Origin: an uncultured Actinomycetes bacterium
Lineage (GTDB): Bacteria; Actinomycetota; Thermoleophilia; UBA2241
DNA: 64,000 nucleotides
Assembly: GCA_963709345.1 (NCBI GenBank)
Contig: CAVPVX010000010.1
Span: forward strand, 32,001 to 96,000
Direction of reading: 5' to 3'
The notes beneath the pieces were generated by a model. That model was not told the DNA's origin. It made no database searches and saw only the letters and a list, made by a program, of their open reading frames with translations. Within the stretch, counting starts at the first letter, position 1. Each line of letters begins with the position of its first letter. Below are positions 12,280 to 22,776 of this stretch, piece after piece. A program made the translations under genes and the position numbers.

Positions 12280-13178
12280 CCCTCATCGAGTGCATCCCCA
12301 ACTTCAGCGAAGGTCGGCGGCCGGAGGTCATCGACGCGATCGCCGAGACCGTGAGGAGCATCGAGGGCGTGCAGCTGCTCGACGTGCAGAGCGACGCCAC
12401 GCACAACCGTTCCGTGGTCACGTTCGTCGGTCATGAAGGGCCCATCGCCGAGGCCGCCTTCCGTGCGATCGGGAAGGCCGCCGAGCTCATCGACCTCAAC
12501 GGGCACGAGGGCGCGCACCCGCGCTTCGGCGCGACCGACGTCGTCCCGTTCGTGCCGCTCCGCTCCGACGCCATGCCGGTGTGCGTGGAGGTGGCGAACG
12601 GGCTCGCCCGGAGAGTCGCCGCCGAGCTCGACCTGCCCGCGTATCTCTACGAGGCCGCGGCCCGCGTCCCCGAGCACAAGAACCTTGCGGTGATCCGCGG
12701 CAAGGGCTTCGAGGAGCTCCGCGAAGTGATCGCCACGGACGCCTCACGGCGGCCCGACGAGGGCGCGCCGCGCATCCACCCCACCGCCGGCGCGGTCGCC
12801 GTCGGCGCCCGGTTCCCGCTGATCGCCTACAACGTCAACCTCGAGTCGGACGACCTTGAGCTGGCACAGCGCATCGCCCGGGAGATCCGCGAGCGTGACG
12901 GCGGGATGCCCTGCGTCAAGGCGATCGGGTTGAAGCTGGACGACGGGGCGGTACAGGTCTCGATGAATCTGACGGATTACCGCGTGACCTCGATGGCCGA
13001 CGTGGTCGCCGCGATCGCCGCGCGCGCCGAGGACGCCGGGGTGGCGATTCGCGAGAGCGAAGTCGTCGGGCTGCTCCCCGAGGACGCGCTCGTGCAGCTG
13101 GCGCGGTCGCTGCTGTTTGCGAAGGACCTCAGCCGCGAGCAGGTGCTGGAGGCGTGTGTGCTGGACACGCTGCTGTGA
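12276..13178 (+). CDS. ftcd: Glutamate formiminotransferase (stand-alone FT domain of FTCD)
   Basis: ECIPNFSEGR, HNRSV.T, GAHPRFGA.DVVPF.P, GARFPLIAYN, QVSMNL, ESEVVGL. Confidence 0.92.
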   Translation: MTLIECIPNFSEGRRPEVIDAIAETVRSIEGVQLLDVQSDATHNRSVVTFVGHEGPIAEAAFRAIGKAAELIDLNGHEGAHPRFGATDVVPFVPLRSDAMPVCVEVANGLARRVAAELDLPAYLYEAAARVPEHKNLAVIRGKGFEELREVIATDASRRPDEGAPRIHPTAGAVAVGARFPLIAYNVNLESDDLELAQRIAREIRERDGGMPCVKAIGLKLDDGAVQVSMNLTDYRVTSMADVVAAIAARAEDAGVAIRESEVVGLLPEDALVQLARSLLFAKDLSREQVLEACVLDTLL

Positions 13179-13200
13179 CGAGCAAAGGGAGAGAGCGGCG

Positions 13201-14337
13201 ATGACGAGCGTAGGGAACGTCCGCATCCTGGCGGTGAGGACGACGCCGCTGCTCCTCACCTTCAAGGAGCCGTACCATTGGGCCGGCCGCGTGGATCACG
13301 GTTCCCCCGTCGTCCTCGTGGAGGTCGAGACCGACGCCGGCATCACGGGGGTCGGCGAGTCCGTCTCGTCGCTCGCCGCCGAGGGCACCGTCGCGGCGAT
13401 CCGCTGCGTCGAGCCGCTCTTCGTCGGCCAGCCGATCCACGACGTGGCGCGGCTGGTGCACGAGGCGCGCTACCTCGGCGCGTTCAACCACATGCCGTGG
13501 TACGCGGACTTCGTGCTCGCGGGCTTCGAGATGGCCCTCTGGGACGCCATCGGGAAGGCCGCCGGCCAGCCGGTCTACCGGCTCCTCGGCGGCGCCGTCC
13601 GTGACGAGGTCGACTACTTCGGCTTCGTCCAGGGCGACACGACGGAGGAGCTCGTCGCCCACGCCCGCGAGCTTGCAGCGGCGGGCCACGGCGTCATCTA
13701 CCTCAAGGTCGGGCGCGGCGACGACGCCGACCTCGCGAACACGGCGGCGGTGCGCGAGGCGATCGGTCGCCGCCGTCTGCGCGTCGACCCCAACTGCGCC
13801 TGGAGCGTGCCCGACGCCATCCGCATGATCCACGCGCTCGAGCCCTTCGGCATGGACTGGGTCGAGCAGCCGACGACTCTCCTCAGCGTCACGGCGATGC
13901 GGCAGGTGCGCGAGGCGGTCCACGTACCCATCGCCGCCGACCAGGCGGTGCTCACGCCCGCCGACGTCTACGACTTCGTCCGCCAGCGGGCGTGCGACGC
14001 AATCTGCCTCTCGCCGCACGAGGCCGGTGGCCTCCTCGCCTTCAAGAAGGCCGCAGCCATCGCCGAGGCCGGCGGCGTGCCGATCTGCCTGCACGGCCAG
14101 AGCGTGTCCGGCATCACCGACGCCGCTCAGCACCACCTCGGGCTCAGCACGCCGAACCTGACCGACGGCAACCAGATCATGCACCAACTCCTCATCGAGG
14201 ACCTGGTCGCCGCGCCCGACCTCACGCCGCGACAAGGCAAGCTCGGTCTGCTCGACGCACCCGGACTCGGCGTCGAGCTGGACGGCGACGCGGTCGCCCG
14301 CGCCGCCGAGAGCTACAAGAAAGGAGGCGCCTCGTGA
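13201..14337 (+). CDS. Enolase-superfamily (MR/MLE-like) enzyme with atypical active site
   Basis: ETDAGITGVGE capping domain, MALWDAIGK...PVY.LLGG, metal ligands in DPN / EQP / ADQ, PGLGVELD. Confidence 0.85.
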   Translation: MTSVGNVRILAVRTTPLLLTFKEPYHWAGRVDHGSPVVLVEVETDAGITGVGESVSSLAAEGTVAAIRCVEPLFVGQPIHDVARLVHEARYLGAFNHMPWYADFVLAGFEMALWDAIGKAAGQPVYRLLGGAVRDEVDYFGFVQGDTTEELVAHARELAAAGHGVIYLKVGRGDDADLANTAAVREAIGRRRLRVDPNCAWSVPDAIRMIHALEPFGMDWVEQPTTLLSVTAMRQVREAVHVPIAADQAVLTPADVYDFVRQRACDAICLSPHEAGGLLAFKKAAAIAEAGGVPICLHGQSVSGITDAAQHHLGLSTPNLTDGNQIMHQLLIEDLVAAPDLTPRQGKLGLLDAPGLGVELDGDAVARAAESYKKGGAS

Positions 14338-15350
14338 AGGTCCTGATCGCCGACCAGAAGCTCGTGACCGAGATCTACCCGATGGAAGAGGCCATCCCGA
14401 CGATGCGCAGGGCTCTGACCATGCTCGCCGAAGGCGACGTGGTGATGCCGCTGCGCACCATGCTCGGGCTGCCGCGCGGCGACGCCGTCATGGGGCTCAT
14501 GCCGTCGTACCTCGGTGGCCTCGAGGCCGTCGGCGTCAAGGTGGTCGCCGCCTTCCCCGCCAACTTCGGCAGCGAGTACGACACCCATCAGGGCGTCGTA
14601 CTCTTCTTCGACACCGAGCGTGGGCTGTTGCGGGCCATCGTGGACGCGACGTCTATCACGGCGATCCGCACGGCCGCGGTGAGCGGCCTCGTCACCGACC
14701 TTCTGGCCGGCCCCGACGCCGGTGACGTCGCGATCATCGGCGCCGGCACGCAGGCGCACACGCACTTGCAGGCGATGATGGCCGTGCGCGCCGTGCGCCG
14801 GGTGCGTGTGTTCAGCGTGCCGGCCGAGAGCGCGGCGGAGTTCGCGGAGCGCGAGTCACGGCTCACCGGCCTGCCCGTCGTGGCGGTAGCGACCGCCGAG
14901 GAGGCGGTCACGGGGGCCGACCTCATCTGCACCACCACGACCGCCACCGAGCCGGTCGTTCGCGGCGAGTGGGTGAGACCGGGAGCGCACGTGAACGCCG
15001 TCGGCGCCTACACGCCCGTTACCCGCGAGCTGGACTCGGACCTGGTGGTCAAGTCCCGTCTGTACGCCGACAAGCGCGAGTCGCTGCTCAGCGAATCGGG
15101 CGAGTTCCTCATCCCCAAGGGCGAGGGGCTGATCGGGGACGACCACCTCGTCGGCGAGATCGGCGAGGTGCTCACCGGCAAGGCTCCGGCACGCACATCG
15201 CCCGACGAGATCACGCTCTTCAAGTCGCTCGGCATCGCCATCGAGGACCTCGCCTCCGCGCACCGCATCTACGAGATCTGCACAGAGCGCGACCTCGGCA
15301 CGTGGGTGGAGATCGGTGGCCTGCACTTCGGGAAGGCGGTGGAGGGTTGA
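14334..15350 (+). CDS. Ornithine cyclodeaminase / mu-crystallin family protein
   Basis: ITAIRTAAVS, IGAGTQA, HVNAVGA, TLFKSLGIAIED. Confidence 0.9.
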   Translation: MKVLIADQKLVTEIYPMEEAIPTMRRALTMLAEGDVVMPLRTMLGLPRGDAVMGLMPSYLGGLEAVGVKVVAAFPANFGSEYDTHQGVVLFFDTERGLLRAIVDATSITAIRTAAVSGLVTDLLAGPDAGDVAIIGAGTQAHTHLQAMMAVRAVRRVRVFSVPAESAAEFAERESRLTGLPVVAVATAEEAVTGADLICTTTTATEPVVRGEWVRPGAHVNAVGAYTPVTRELDSDLVVKSRLYADKRESLLSESGEFLIPKGEGLIGDDHLVGEIGEVLTGKAPARTSPDEITLFKSLGIAIEDLASAHRIYEICTERDLGTWVEIGGLHFGKAVEG

Positions 15351-16990
15351 CCGCGCTCGTGCCCGCGTACCCCGAGTTCTTCAACGACGTCTTCGGCCCC
15401 GTCATGCAGCCGGGCTCGAGCTCGCACTTCGCCGGGCCGTGCCGGCTTGGCCTGCTGGCCGGACGGTTGCTCGGCGAGCCCCCCGCCCGGGTCCGGATCC
15501 TGCTCGACGAGAGAGGATCCTTCGCCGGCACGTTCGGGATCATGGCGGAGGACCGCGCCATGGTCGGCGGAGTCCTCGGCTTCGGGCCGGACGACGAGCG
15601 CCTGTTCCGCGCCTTCGAGCTCGCGGAGGAGGCCGGGGCCGAGGTCTCGTTCGCGTTCGGTGAGATCACGGAGAGCGGGCATCCGAACGCCGTCAAGTTC
15701 ACCCTCACCGGGCGCAGCGGCCGCGAGGCCGAGCTGGTCGGCAACTCCACCGGAGGCGGCATGGTGGAGACGATCACGGTCGATGGCTTCCCGTTCCGGA
15801 CGATCGGCGATTCGTACGTGCTGCTCGTCGCCGACGCCGAGAGCCGCATCGGCGACGAGCAGCTCGTCGCCCTGGAGTCGGAGCTGCCGGAGCCGCTCGA
15901 GAGCCACGAGGTGCGCGTCGACGGCCGTGGTGTGCTGCGCGCCTACATGCTGGCCGTCGAGCCCGACGTGGTCGCCCTCAACGGTCTGCTCACGGCCGGC
16001 CTGCCGGGCGTCTCCGTCTCCGTTCTCGCGCCGCTGCTGCCGGTCGTCTCCCAGCTCGACCGCAAGCCGCAGCTGTTCGACACCATGACCCGCTGGCGCG
16101 AGATCGCCGAGGAGCGTGGTGTACCCCTGTGGGAGCTCGCCGTCCAGTACGAGATGGACGCCTCCGGCTGGCCGCGCCTCTGGATCATCGACCGCATGCG
16201 CATGCTCACCGACCTGATGCGCCGGCAGACCCGGGCCGTGTACGAGGAGGGCCTCGACGTGCCCACCAGCCCGTTCAAGCCGGACTTCGCCGGCCGCTGG
16301 GCCGAGCACGCCGCGTCCGGCCGCGCCGTCACCGGAGGAGTCACGGCGCAGACCATCAAGTGGGCCTACGGCGCCGGCTCCGGCGTTCCCGGCGTCGTCG
16401 CGGTGCCGGGCCCCATGGGCGGGGGCGCCGGCTACATCTACGCGGCGATGAGCGCCGTGCAGGACGCCCGCGGCCTGAGCGACGACGATCTGCTGCACGG
16501 TCTCTTCGTCGCCGCGGGCATCGGCGCCATCTCCTACACGCGTTCGGCGCCGACCGGTGAGGTCACCGGCTGCGCCGGCGAGACCGGCACCTGCGGCGCC
16601 ATGGCCGCCGCGGCCATCGTCGAGATGGTCGGTGGCACGCCCGAGCAGATCGAGAACGCCGCTTCGCTGGCGCTGCAGACCTTCACCGGGATGCCGTGCG
16701 ACCCCATGCCGGGCGGCCTTTGCCAGCCCTGCCGCAGCCGTATCCTCGCCACGACCTGCATGGCGCACGTCTTCGCCGACCTCGCCATGGCCGGGCACGA
16801 GGCGGTGCTGCCGCTGCACGAGGCCATCGACGTACTCGACGGGATCGGCCGCGATCTGCCACCGGAGTTGCTCTGCACCTCCGCCGGCGGCGCCTGCGCG
16901 GCTCCGGCGGCACAGCGCTGCCGCGCCGACTTCCAGCACTGGTTCGCGGAGAGCAAGCCCGAGGACCGGCCGCCGGCGAGCCTGATCTGA
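15347..16990 (+). CDS. Fused Fe-S L-serine dehydratase-like protein (beta + alpha domains), divergent
   Basis: DVFGPVMQPGSSSHFAG, HPNAVK, STGGGMV (beta); GCAGETG, CDPMPG, PCRSR cluster cysteines (alpha); TTG start overlapping the upstream stop. Confidence 0.8.
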   Translation: MTALVPAYPEFFNDVFGPVMQPGSSSHFAGPCRLGLLAGRLLGEPPARVRILLDERGSFAGTFGIMAEDRAMVGGVLGFGPDDERLFRAFELAEEAGAEVSFAFGEITESGHPNAVKFTLTGRSGREAELVGNSTGGGMVETITVDGFPFRTIGDSYVLLVADAESRIGDEQLVALESELPEPLESHEVRVDGRGVLRAYMLAVEPDVVALNGLLTAGLPGVSVSVLAPLLPVVSQLDRKPQLFDTMTRWREIAEERGVPLWELAVQYEMDASGWPRLWIIDRMRMLTDLMRRQTRAVYEEGLDVPTSPFKPDFAGRWAEHAASGRAVTGGVTAQTIKWAYGAGSGVPGVVAVPGPMGGGAGYIYAAMSAVQDARGLSDDDLLHGLFVAAGIGAISYTRSAPTGEVTGCAGETGTCGAMAAAAIVEMVGGTPEQIENAASLALQTFTGMPCDPMPGGLCQPCRSRILATTCMAHVFADLAMAGHEAVLPLHEAIDVLDGIGRDLPPELLCTSAGGACAAPAAQRCRADFQHWFAESKPEDRPPASLI

Positions 16991-17108
16991 TCGGTGGGCG
17001 GCGTGACGGGCACGACGATCTGCCGGGTCCGGGTCGCAACGCGGGCCCGGGACTGCCACACTCCAAGGGAGCCTTGACAGGGCTCTCGATGACGGCCAAG
17101 GAGCAGTA

Positions 17109-19379
17109 GTGACACAGGACCTGCAGTACGTGGGCGGAAGCTACCCCGTCCACGACGTGGCCCAGAAGGTCACCGGCGAGCTCATCTACGGCAGCGATTT
17201 CCACGTGCCGGGCATGCTCTATGCCAAGCTTGTGCTCAGCCCGATCGCGCACGGCTTCGTCAAGCGCATCGACGCGTCGCGCGCCGAGGCGCTGCCTGGG
17301 GTAGTCAAGGTCTTCTCGCATCTCAACGCGCCCATGGACACGTACTCCCGGGCGCGCATCCACCCCGGGGAGGATGAGCTCGCTCCGTGGGACGAGACGC
17401 TGTTCAGCGAGCACGTGCGCTTCGTCGGTGACCGCGTGGCCGCGGTCGTGGCCACGAGTCAGGCCATCGCCACTGCCGCCGCGGCCGTCGTCGACGTCGA
17501 GTACGACGAGCTGCCGGCGCTGCTCACGCCCGAGCAGGCGCTGGCGCGCGACGACGTCCCGATCCACCCCATCGGCAACGTGGCGTACGAGCACCTGACC
17601 GAGGTCGGGGAGCGCTCGGACCTGACCGGAGCCGTCGTCGTTTCCACGGTGGCGAGCACGCCGCGCGTCCACCACGCCGCGCTCGAGCCGCACGTGTGCA
17701 CCGCGCAGGGTCACAGCACCGGCGGCATGACCGTGTGGACGACCAGCCAGGGGGCGTTCGCCGCCCGCACAGTCATCGCCGAACTGCTCAAGCTCGAGTA
17801 CCACCGCGTTCGCGTCATCAAGCTGCCCATGGGCGGCTCCTTCGGCGGCAAGACCGAGTACATCCTCGAGCCCGTGACGGCCTTCCTGGCGCACGCCCTG
17901 CATCGCCCGGTCAAGCTTCTGTTCGACCGGGAAGAGACCATGATCGCGACGATGTGCCGTCCGGCCACGGCGACGACGATCCGCACCGCCTGCACAGCCG
18001 ACGGGGAGCTGCTGGACTTCGAGGCCGCGACGACGCTCGACTCCGGGGGGTACGCCGCGAGCACGCCGGATTACGGCATCCACATGACCAAGAAGGTAAC
18101 GAAGCTGTATCGGGTGCCTCACTACGAGCACCGCAGTCGGGCCGTGTACACGAACACACCGGTCGGCGGTGCGGCGCGAGGCTGGGGCGCTCCGGAGATG
18201 ATCGCCGCCTCGGAGATCCACATGGACCGGGTGGCGGCGGCGCTGCGCATGGACCCGGTCGAGTTCCGCCTCAAGAACATGGTTGAGCCCTTTGACACCG
18301 ACCCCGTCACGGGCCTGTCGCTCGGCGACGCGCGGGTCCGCGAGTGTCTGGAGCGAGGCGCTGTGGCCTTCGACTGGGCCACGCGTCGTGCCCGGCCATC
18401 CGGCAGGGGCCGGCTAAGGCGTGGCGTCGGCGTGGCCTGCGGAAGCCACAAGAACGGCATGTACGGCGCGTTCCCCGAGGCGAGCAACGCGTCGCTCAAG
18501 ATGAACGAGGACGGGACCTTCGAGCTCGAACGCCAGCCTGCACGACGTCGGCTGCGGCATCGTCACGACGATGAAGGTCATCGTGGCCGAGGTACTCGGC
18601 GTGCACCCTGACCTGATCGCCGCCTGCGAGGCCGACACGGCGACCACCCCCTTCGACTACGGCACGTACGGCAGCCGTGTGACCTACGTGGTCGGAGCCT
18701 GCGTCCGCGCGACGGCCGAGAAGGTCAAGACCAAGCTTCTCGCCGCGGCAGCCCACCTTCTGGAGGAGCCTGTCGAGCGGTTGTACGTCGGGGACGGCGC
18801 GGTGCACGTCCGTGACGACGGCGAGCGTGCCATCGCCTACCGCGACATCGCTCGCCTCAGCCACATGCGTGACGTGCCGGGGATCTCCGCGTCGCTCACG
18901 TACTACGCGGTCTCGAACCCCGGCGTCGTACTCGGTGCAGTTCGCCGAGGTCGAGGTCGATTGCGCCACCGGCCTGACGGCGGTGACGGATTTCCTCGCC
19001 GTCGGCGACGTGGGCCAGGCGATCAACCGGGGCATGGCCGAGGCGCAGTTCCAGGGCGCCGTGCAGATGGGCATCGGCTACGCGCTCTACGAGCACCTTG
19101 AAGTGGACGAGGCCGGCCGCGGAGGCGTGGACGGCTTCAAGAACTACCACATCGTCAACGCTCCGGACATGCCGGACGTCCAGGTGCTCCTCGTCGAGCA
19201 CGAGGGCGACGACGGGCCCTTCGGCGCCAAGAGCGTTGGAGAGATCGCCACGGTGCCGACTGCCCCCGCTGTCGTCAATGCGGTGAACAATGCGCTTGGG
19301 CACGACGCTCTCGGACCTGCCGCTCACTCCGGAGAAGATCGTCGCCGCTCTCCACGGCGCCAACGGGGAGGGGTCATGA
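17109..19379 (+). CDS. Xanthine dehydrogenase-family molybdopterin-binding subunit (frameshifts near 18530, 18930, 19300)
   Basis: KVTG...Y..D..PGMLYA, GGSFGGK, RGWGAPE, DVGQAIN...Q.QG..MGIG.AL.E, GPFGAKSVGE. Confidence 0.88.
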
Positions 19380-20032
19380 ATCTGACGCTCAGGGTCAACG
19401 GGATGACCCACGAAGTGGAAGCCCCGCCCACCGCGCGGCTGCTCGACGTCCTCAGAGACCAGCTTGGTCTCACTGGGACCAAGGAAGGCTGTGCCGAGGG
19501 CGAGTGCGGCGCCTGCACGGTGATCGTCGACGGCAAGGCCGTCAACTCCTGTGTCATGCTCGCCGTTCAGGCGCAGGGCAAGGAGGTGCTCACGGTCGAG
19601 GGGCTGGCCGCCGACGGGGAGCTTGACGATCTGCAGCAGAAGTTCGTCGAGAACGGCGCCGTGCAGTGCGGCTTCTGCACCCCGGGCATGCTGATGTCGG
19701 CCAAGGCGCTCCTCCTCGCCAACCCGCTGCCGTCCGAGCAGGACATCCGCATCGCGCTCGCCGGGAACCTGTGCCGTTGCACGGGCTACTCCGCGATCGT
19801 CGCCGCCGTGAAAGCAGCGAGTGGGCAGGAGTTGACGCCGGCGATGGCGCTGCCCGGAGATGCGGAAGATCTTGCCACTGTGGTGACGACGGACCCGGAG
19901 ACGCTGGCTGCTGCGTGCGAGGTGGTGCAGGCGAAAGGCGCCCCCCTTCTGGGCGCTCCGTGCGACGACATACCTCGCGCCTCCGCGGCCGTCGCCCCTG
20001 ACGAAGCCGGCGCTTCAGAAGGGGGTGAGTGA
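19376..20032 (+). CDS. XDH-family [2Fe-2S] subunit
   Basis: GTKEGCAEGECGACTV, QCGFCTPG, GNLCRCTGY. Confidence 0.93.
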   Translation: MNLTLRVNGMTHEVEAPPTARLLDVLRDQLGLTGTKEGCAEGECGACTVIVDGKAVNSCVMLAVQAQGKEVLTVEGLAADGELDDLQQKFVENGAVQCGFCTPGMLMSAKALLLANPLPSEQDIRIALAGNLCRCTGYSAIVAAVKAASGQELTPAMALPGDAEDLATVVTTDPETLAAACEVVQAKGAPLLGAPCDDIPRASAAVAPDEAGASEGGE

Positions 20033-20922
20033 CGTGACCGCGACCCAGGTGGTGACCCCGGTCGGCGTCGAAGAGCTGGTCGCGGCGCTCGCCGAGGCCG
20101 GCCCCCAGACCCGGCTTCTCGCCGGCGGCACCGACCTCGTGCGCGACATCCGCCGGCCCGGCGCCGCACCGGACCTGATCATCGACCTGGCCCGGCTGAC
20201 GGCGCTCTCGTACGTGCGTCTCGAGGGCGACGACGCTCCGCGTCGGCGCGCTGACCACGTTCACCGAGCTTCAGCTCCACCCGCTCGTGCGCGAGCACGC
20301 CCCGTGCCTCGGTCTTGCCGCCGCGCAGGTCGGCTCGGTGCAGATCCGCAACGTCGGCACGGTCGGCGGCAACATCGCCAACGCCTCGCCGTGCGCGGAC
20401 GGCGCGACGGCGCTGACCGCGCTCGGCGCCATGGTCGCCACCGTCGACGGCGCCGGCGACGTCAGGACCAGGCCGATCGGCGAGGTCCTCCTCGGTCCGA
20501 GCCGGACGAGCCTCGCCCGCGACGAGGCGATCACGGAGTTCTCGTTCCCCGCGCTGGGGACGGAGCACCGTTCGGCGTTCGCCAAGATCGGCTCGCGCAC
20601 TGCAGTGAGCGTCGCGCGGCTCAGCGCCGCCCTCGTGGTCCGTTTCGACGCGGCTGCCGGTACGCTTGCGGACGTGCGTGTGGCGCTCGGTGCGGTGGGC
20701 GGAGCGGCCTTCCGCGCCTCGGCCCTGGAGGGCGCGCTCGAGGGCCGGCCGGCGGACGAAGAGGCCGCCCGGCTGTTCGCCCTGGGGTGTGTGGATGCCG
20801 TGCAGAAGTCGATCCCAGGGCGCTATTCGCTTCCGTACAAGCAGTACGCCGCGGTGGGGCTGGCGTACGACGCCTGGAACGCGCTCGCCCTCTGCTCGCC
20901 GTGTGAACCGGCGTGGGACTGA
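20025..20922 (+). CDS. XDH-family FAD-binding subunit (frameshift near 20235)
   Basis: LAGGTDL, QIRNVGTVGGNIANASPCAD, F.KIG.R, VALGAV. Confidence 0.85.
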
Positions 20923-20935
20923 GTGCCGGGGGCTG

Positions 20936-22093
20936 ATGGCTCCTTACGAGCACGCGGGCGTCCCGCGCATCGTCGCGGGCGCGGGCGCCCTGGAGAGGCT
21001 GCCCGGCACTCTGGCAGGGCGGACCGTCGATGCGGTCGTCCTGGTGTCGGACCACGGGCTGGAGCAGGCCGGCCTCGTCGACCGCGTCGTCTCCCTGCTT
21101 GGTGACGCCGCCGATGTCCACACGTATCTCGCGTCTTCCGGCGAGCCGGAGGCCGCCGACGTGGAAGCAGCGGCGGCTCTGGTGCGCGAGTGGCCGGGCG
21201 CGACGGTCATCGGCCTGGGGGGAGGCACGGCGATGGACATCGCCAAGCTCGCCGCCGCCACGGCTCCCGCCGGCGAGCCCGTCGACCACTACTTCCTGCG
21301 CCCCGACGCGTTCACCGGCAAGGCGCCGTCCGTCCTCATCCCGACCACTTCCGGCACCGGGTCGGAGGTGACGCGCACGGCGATCTGCAACGACGCGGAG
21401 GGGCACAAGCTCTGGTGTTGGGGCGAGAAGCTGCTGCCGGAGCTCGTCGTCCTGGACCCGACGCTCACGAAGTCGCTCCCTGCGACCCTGACCGTGACGA
21501 CCGGCGTCGACGCCTTGGCGCATGCGATCGAGGCGGTGACCGGGCGGCGGCGTAACGCGTTCGCCACCGCGCACGGGTTGCATGCAGTCCGCCTCGTCGC
21601 CCGGCACTTGCGGATGGCGATCGCCGCTCCCGGCCACGTCGAGACGCGGCAGCGCATGCAGGAGGCCGCCTGCCTCGCCGGTCTCGCGCGGGAGAACGGA
21701 GGCACCGGGATCGCCCACACGCTCGGGCACGCGCTTGGATCGGCATACGGCGTTCCTCACGGTGTCGCCGTGGCGGCGGCGCTCGGCGCGGTGCTGCCCT
21801 GGAATATCATCGGCGACCAGGACCTCTTCCATCCGGTCGCCGAGGCCTTCGCGCCGTCGGCGCGGGCCGCCGACCTGCCGGCGCTGTACGACAAGCTCCT
21901 GGCCGACGCGGGGTTCGCGGCCGCGCTCGAGCCGTACCGGCAGACGCGCGTGGACGCCGGCGTGCTCGCCGAGGCATGTCACCTCCCCGAGAACGCGCCC
22001 ACGCTGCGTAACAACGCTCGCGCCGCCAACGACGTCGACGTCAAGTCACTCTGCATCACGCTCGAGCTCGCTTGGAACGCCGCTGCGGTCTGA
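20936..22093 (+). CDS. Iron-containing alcohol dehydrogenase family protein
   Basis: GLGGGTAMD, PTTSGTGSEVT, DALAHAIE, AHTLGH, PHG. Confidence 0.9.
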   Translation: MAPYEHAGVPRIVAGAGALERLPGTLAGRTVDAVVLVSDHGLEQAGLVDRVVSLLGDAADVHTYLASSGEPEAADVEAAAALVREWPGATVIGLGGGTAMDIAKLAAATAPAGEPVDHYFLRPDAFTGKAPSVLIPTTSGTGSEVTRTAICNDAEGHKLWCWGEKLLPELVVLDPTLTKSLPATLTVTTGVDALAHAIEAVTGRRRNAFATAHGLHAVRLVARHLRMAIAAPGHVETRQRMQEAACLAGLARENGGTGIAHTLGHALGSAYGVPHGVAVAAALGAVLPWNIIGDQDLFHPVAEAFAPSARAADLPALYDKLLADAGFAAALEPYRQTRVDAGVLAEACHLPENAPTLRNNARAANDVDVKSLCITLELAWNAAAV

Positions 22094-22179
22094 GCGCTTC
22101 CGGCGGCGCTCCCATCTCTGCGCCATCCGGTCGGGTTCGGTCGAGTACGGACACAATGGATAGTTTTTCCAGCTCTCAG

Positions 22180-22231
22180 CGGTAGATTGTTCTCTCTTCG
22201 TCTTGACTCGACGAACATTTCGCTGAATACT
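22180..22231 (+). promoter_or_regulatory. Sigma70-type promoter (TTGACT-17-AATACT) with inverted TGTTC/GAACA elements flanking the -35; shared with 49905-49956
   Basis: 33/52 ungapped identity to the minus-strand element upstream of ygcW. Confidence 0.7.
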
Positions 22232-22251
22232 GCGGTGGTTGTCAGCACTCG

Positions 22252-22728
22252 GTGGAGGTGGCTGTGGACGCTCTCGATCGCGATGTTCTTCTGGCCCTCC
22301 AGGCCGACGGACGCAAGTCGAATCTCGCCCTGGCGCGCGCGCTAGACCTCTCGCCGTCGGCGATGCTCGGCAGGGTGCGGCGCCTCGAGCGCAGCGGCGC
22401 CATCCGCGGGTACCGCGCCATCATCGACCCGTCCGCGCTGGGCATCACCGTCCGCGCCATGGTGGTGGCCCGCCTGCGCGAGCATAGCGAGCGCTCCATC
22501 AGGGAGTTCGAGAAGGGCATTCAGAGCGTGCCCGGCGTACGCGCCTGCTACCACGTCACCGGGCAGTACGACATGGTCCTGGAGCTGGCCCTCCGCGATC
22601 TTGACCACCTCGGCCAGCTCATCCGCGTCGACATCGCCCGCATCCCCGGCGTCGTGAACCTCGAGACCATGCTGATCATGGCCGAGCCGGTCGCCGACGA
22701 AGGTTGGCCCGTCATCCCAGAAGAGTAG
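22252..22728 (+). CDS. Lrp/AsnC-family transcriptional regulator
   Basis: LDRDVLLALQADGRKS..LA..L.LS, RVRRLE..G.I.GY, VTGQYD; ends in TAG. Confidence 0.92.
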   Translation: MEVAVDALDRDVLLALQADGRKSNLALARALDLSPSAMLGRVRRLERSGAIRGYRAIIDPSALGITVRAMVVARLREHSERSIREFEKGIQSVPGVRACYHVTGQYDMVLELALRDLDHLGQLIRVDIARIPGVVNLETMLIMAEPVADEGWPVIPEE

Positions 22729-22776
22729 TCCGCGGCAGCAGCGCCGCGCCGACTCCCCGCACAGGAGGTCCCCCGT

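Noticed and set aside
18812-20032. Mo-subunit/[2Fe-2S] fusion ORF
   Set aside because: A frameshift near 19300 hides the normal LPLTPEKI end and the ATGA overlap at 19376-19379
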